Shown here in pieces: positions 60,787 to 64,000 of a stretch of DNA of 64,000 bases (position 1 is the stretch's first letter; each line of letters starts with the position of its first letter). The DNA lies in the IMG/VR virus record IMGVR_UViG_3300037458_000547, positions 1,474 to 65,473 of that record; one strand, 5' to 3'. A model generated the notes under the pieces. The model saw only the letters and a program-made list of their open reading frames with translations, was not told the origin of the DNA and made no database searches. A program made the position numbers and the translations under genes. The stretch is from a virus. Lineage: Duplodnaviria; Caudoviricetes.

Positions 60787-61564
60787 GACGCAGCAGCCCG
60801 GGAGCGAGCGCAAGGCCCGCAGCGTCCAGCGCATGGCGATGGACAACGCCGGCACCGACCTCGAGCGCATGGAAGGGAACATCACCGAGGACGAGGCCAT
60901 TCAACGCAAGGACGCCAGGACGAAAGTGGCCGTCGGCCAGGACCTGTTCAACCGCCCCGGCTACCCAACCGGCCTCCCGCCCGGCGTCGACGCGGCGAGC
61001 CTGCAGGATCCCGGCGAGGAGGCCGTCACCCCCGAGGAGCAGCAGCAGTACGACAAGATCGTGCGCTTCGCGGCGCAGCTGATCTACAAGAACCCGCGGC
61101 AGACGCTGGCCGCCATGAATCAGGCCGACCTGCCGATCCATCAGGCCGTGGGCCGGCACGCGGCGAACATCGCCCAGGTGATCGAGAACACCGCCAAGGC
61201 GAATAAGGAGCAGCTCGACCCGGACGTGCTGTGGCATGCCGGCTCCGAGGTGATCGAGATGCTCATGGACCTGGGCGTGCAGGCCAAGGCGTTCCCCCTC
61301 GACCCGGAGAGCGAGCAGTACCAGCAGGAAGCCGCCATGGCGCTCATGGAGGCCGAGAAGGCTGTCGGTGAGCGGGCCCTCAAGGACCCGAAGAAGGGCA
61401 GGGCGATCTCGGCCGAGGCCAGCGACGTGTGGGCCTGGAACATCGCCAAGGAGGTCGACTCCGGCCAGGCGTCCCCGCAGTACACGCAGATGGTCGAACA
61501 GTCCCGCCAGGCCAACAGCCCGGTTCGAGCGGGAGTGCAGGCCGCCCTGAGGAGACCGCAATGA
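60779..61564 (+). CDS. Putative internal virion protein
   Basis: Helical; located in the ejectosome block. Confidence 0.65.
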   Translation: MPKTQQPGSERKARSVQRMAMDNAGTDLERMEGNITEDEAIQRKDARTKVAVGQDLFNRPGYPTGLPPGVDAASLQDPGEEAVTPEEQQQYDKIVRFAAQLIYKNPRQTLAAMNQADLPIHQAVGRHAANIAQVIENTAKANKEQLDPDVLWHAGSEVIEMLMDLGVQAKAFPLDPESEQYQQEAAMALMEAEKAVGERALKDPKKGRAISAEASDVWAWNIAKEVDSGQASPQYTQMVEQSRQANSPVRAGVQAALRRPQ

Positions 61565-62448
61565 CCAACTGGGCAGGCGCCGTCGAGACCTTCGGCAAGG
61601 GACTCTTTGCCGTTGGCATGAAGGTCGCGCAGCGCGAGGACGACGAGATCGCCTTCATGCGCCAGAAGGCGCTGCAGGAGCTGGGGATCCAGGCACAGAA
61701 AGATCTGCAGGCCCAGAACCAGGAGTTCCTGAAGGGGCAGGCGACGGCGAGCCAGGAGCATGCCAAGGAGATGTTCGGCATGGAGACGGCGGCCCGCGCC
61801 GGCGAGCAGCAGGCCGGGTTCGCGCACGCCGAGGCGATGGCGGAGGACGCCAAGAAGTGGGATGCGCAGCGCGACGCGACCATGCGCAGCTTCCAGCTGA
61901 AGCTGAAGGAGTCGGAGACGCTGGATGATGTGATCCGGTCGACGAACGCGCAGCTTGGGGACATCGGCAAGAGCATCGACTCCTGGGAGCAGGAGCTGAT
62001 GAGCGCCCGCAGCGAGGGGGCGGACGATGCCACGATCGCCAGCTACCAGCGCCGCATCGACGCGCTCTACGCGCAGCAGGAGCAGGTTCGAGGCGCCGGC
62101 CAGGCGGCCGTCTCGAGGCTGACTGGCGGCAAGCCGGTACAGCCCGGCCCGACCAAGGAGGCGGCCGCGGAGAAGGCCGCCGGCAAGCCGGCCACCAGCA
62201 TGACGCCGCCGCAGAAAGGCCCGCCGCCCGGCGGGTACACGGGCCGGACGGGCGCGGCCGCTCCAGCGACCCAGCCGCAAGGCAGCACGCTGTTCGACTC
62301 CATCCTCGGGCCGCAGCCAGACACCGCCGAGATCAACCGCCGGATCGCTTCCGGGGTGGGCTCGTGGGCTGGCAGAACGCTCGCAGACCCCAACAACCCG
62401 ACGGGCAATATCAACCGGGACATCTACACCCGCCTTTTCGGGGAGTAG
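61561..62448 (+). CDS. Putative internal virion protein
   Basis: SD GAGGAG; Gln/Ala/Glu coiled coil. Confidence 0.7.
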   Translation: MTNWAGAVETFGKGLFAVGMKVAQREDDEIAFMRQKALQELGIQAQKDLQAQNQEFLKGQATASQEHAKEMFGMETAARAGEQQAGFAHAEAMAEDAKKWDAQRDATMRSFQLKLKESETLDDVIRSTNAQLGDIGKSIDSWEQELMSARSEGADDATIASYQRRIDALYAQQEQVRGAGQAAVSRLTGGKPVQPGPTKEAAAEKAAGKPATSMTPPQKGPPPGGYTGRTGAAAPATQPQGSTLFDSILGPQPDTAEINRRIASGVGSWAGRTLADPNNPTGNINRDIYTRLFGE

Positions 62449-62451
62449 CTG

Positions 62452-64000
62452 GTGGCCGCCAACCTGTTCGATCCCCAAGGGCCACGGCTGGCAACGGACC
62501 CGTACACCGGCGAGACCTTCGAGGTCTCCCCGGAGATCGACGCCCAGTTCCTGCCGCTGCGGCCGCGGGCGCCGCTCGAGGACCTCGAGCCCGCCCCACC
62601 GGAGCCGATGACCCCGGAGTGGTCCGACTACGGCCGCCTCATCATGCGGGGCGGAGCGGGTCTGGGCGCCGGCGCCGGCTGGGTCCTGAAAGCGATCGGA
62701 CTCGAGGACGTGGGCGGGGCGATCGAGACCCTCGGCAACGATGCCGTGGACTACTGGACGCAGAGCCTGTCTCCGGCCATGCAGAAGGAGATGGCCAAGC
62801 AGTTTGTCGTCCAGAACCCGGAGACGGGCGAGTACGAGTGGGGTGACGCGGGCCTGAGGACGGCGGCGGCGATGGGCGCTGAGTCGGTTCTCGGAACGAT
62901 GGCCGGCATGGGCGTGGGCGGCGGGATCACCAAGGTCCTGCAGGCGTTCGCCAATCCGGTCGGACGCGCTGCTCTGCAGACGGCCGTCCAGCAGGGCACC
63001 CGGACCGGGGCCACGGCTGCCCAGGCGGCCCGTGCCGCAGCGGCTGCCAAGAAGCTCGCGGTGGTCGACTCGGTGATCGGCGCGGCCGGCTTCGGCGCCG
63101 GCGAGGGCGCGGTGTCCGCGATGACCTCGGCCCCCTCGGCCTACGAGATGGTCAAGAACATGGACCCGGCGAAGCTCGCGACCAACGAGCGGTATCGCCA
63201 GGTGTTCGACTCGACCGACGAGAATATGACCTGGGAGGAGCGCCACGCCTACGCTGCTGACACGGTGGCGATGGAGGCGGCCTCTGTGGCCGGGTTCCAG
63301 GCGGGCCTCACCACGAGCCTCCTGGGCGCTCCTATGGGCGCCTTCTTCGGGCGCCTCATCGGCAAGGGCGCGGCCTCGGCGCTCTCCAAGACGCCCCTGC
63401 GGGCGGCCGCGACCGGTGCGCTCGGCGAGTCGGCCCAGGAGTTCGCGCAGTCCGGCACCGAGCAGCTCATCGCCAACAAGGCGGCGATCGGGGCCGGCGA
63501 CAAGGATAAGGACCTGTTCGAGGGCGTCCTGAACCAGGCGGTCGGCGGCGCGGTCGCCGGCGCGGTCATGGGCGGACCCTTCGGCCTGTACGAGGGCCGC
63601 CAGAACCAGCTGGCGCAGCCGCCTACTACTCAGCCCCCGGCGGGCGCGACTACCCCGCCCGTCATCCCCCCCGCGGCAGGGACTCCCCCGCCTGGGGCTG
63701 TTCCGCCGACGGTTCCGCCCGGGACTCCCCCTGGCGTTTCGCCGCCGGCGCCCGCCGCGCCAGGTGCGCCGCCGCCCGTGCAGCCGGCAACACCGCAGGC
63801 CCCGGCGGCCATCCAGTACCCGGCGGGCATGGATCCGCGCAGCAAGCCGACGGTCGAGCCGCTGGTGCAGAAAGCGCTCGCCGCCGGCGTCGATCCAGTG
63901 GTTCTCCAGGAGACGGTCAACGCGCTCGAAAAGCGCGGCCAGCTGCTGCCGACCCTCAAGAGGCTGAACGACCTGATCGCGGACGCCGGGCAGCAGCCTG
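62452..64000 (+). CDS. 3'-partial large internal virion protein, probably the N-terminus of the giant polyvalent protein
   Basis: GTG after GGGAG; open to the window end and absent from the ORF track; Ala/Gly amphipathic helices with GESAQEFAQSGTEQ, then a Pro-rich linker. Confidence 0.75.
   Translation, partial: MAANLFDPQGPRLATDPYTGETFEVSPEIDAQFLPLRPRAPLEDLEPAPPEPMTPEWSDYGRLIMRGGAGLGAGAGWVLKAIGLEDVGGAIETLGNDAVDYWTQSLSPAMQKEMAKQFVVQNPETGEYEWGDAGLRTAAAMGAESVLGTMAGMGVGGGITKVLQAFANPVGRAALQTAVQQGTRTGATAAQAARAAAAAKKLAVVDSVIGAAGFGAGEGAVSAMTSAPSAYEMVKNMDPAKLATNERYRQVFDSTDENMTWEERHAYAADTVAMEAASVAGFQAGLTTSLLGAPMGAFFGRLIGKGAASALSKTPLRAAATGALGESAQEFAQSGTEQLIANKAAIGAGDKDKDLFEGVLNQAVGGAVAGAVMGGPFGLYEGRQNQLAQPPTTQPPAGATTPPVIPPAAGTPPPGAVPPTVPPGTPPGVSPPAPAAPGAPPPVQPATPQAPAAIQYPAGMDPRSKPTVEPLVQKALAAGVDPVVLQETVNALEKRGQLLPTLKRLNDLIADAGQQP

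Noticed and set aside
63960-64000. Direct circular join of the window end to base 1
   Set aside because: There is no terminal overlap, and joining puts the two ORFs out of frame, so sequence is missing between them.
1-64000. Alternative genetic code or tail-chaperone frameshift
   Set aside because: Core genes are intact under the standard code with tight stop/start coupling, and there is no tape-measure gene.

Overview
This window is most of the genome of a GC-rich tailed dsDNA phage with podovirus-type morphogenesis genes. The host is probably a Proteobacterium (inference from sigma70 promoters, CsrA and an SSB ending DDDIPF). Every credible gene is on the + strand. Order: (1) a 5'-truncated giant polyvalent protein (LPD1-like HExxH peptidase, Strawberry-notch-type SF2 helicase, second HExxH, LPD38-like C-terminus) containing a nested out-of-frame gene; (2) a recombination and regulation block (VRR-NUC, RecT, YqaJ, Ref-like, CsrA); (3) TerS/TerL and a first fibre module; (4) about 12 kb of small accessory and anti-defence genes (SWIM, KlcA/ArdB, RadC/JAB, Lar-like, HTH, SSB) driven by repeated promoter-operator-leader cassettes; (5) a second fibre/depolymerase-like module; (6) portal, scaffold, N4-gp56-like capsid, adaptor and nozzle; (7) two Gly-Pro-X collagen genes followed by a 2OG-Fe(II) oxygenase; (8) GNAT, ejection-protein candidates and a 3'-truncated giant-protein N-terminus. 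No integrase, replication initiator, primase, polymerase or endolysin is recognisable. The most notable observations are a 17-bp palindromic operator in about 10 places, a CAAYGGAGGG leader motif together with a phage csrA and a GGA-dense non-coding segment, the overprinted gene, a repeated EVPK gene-junction array, and the collagen-plus-hydroxylase unit. All family calls come from motif recognition by eye; no database search was run.
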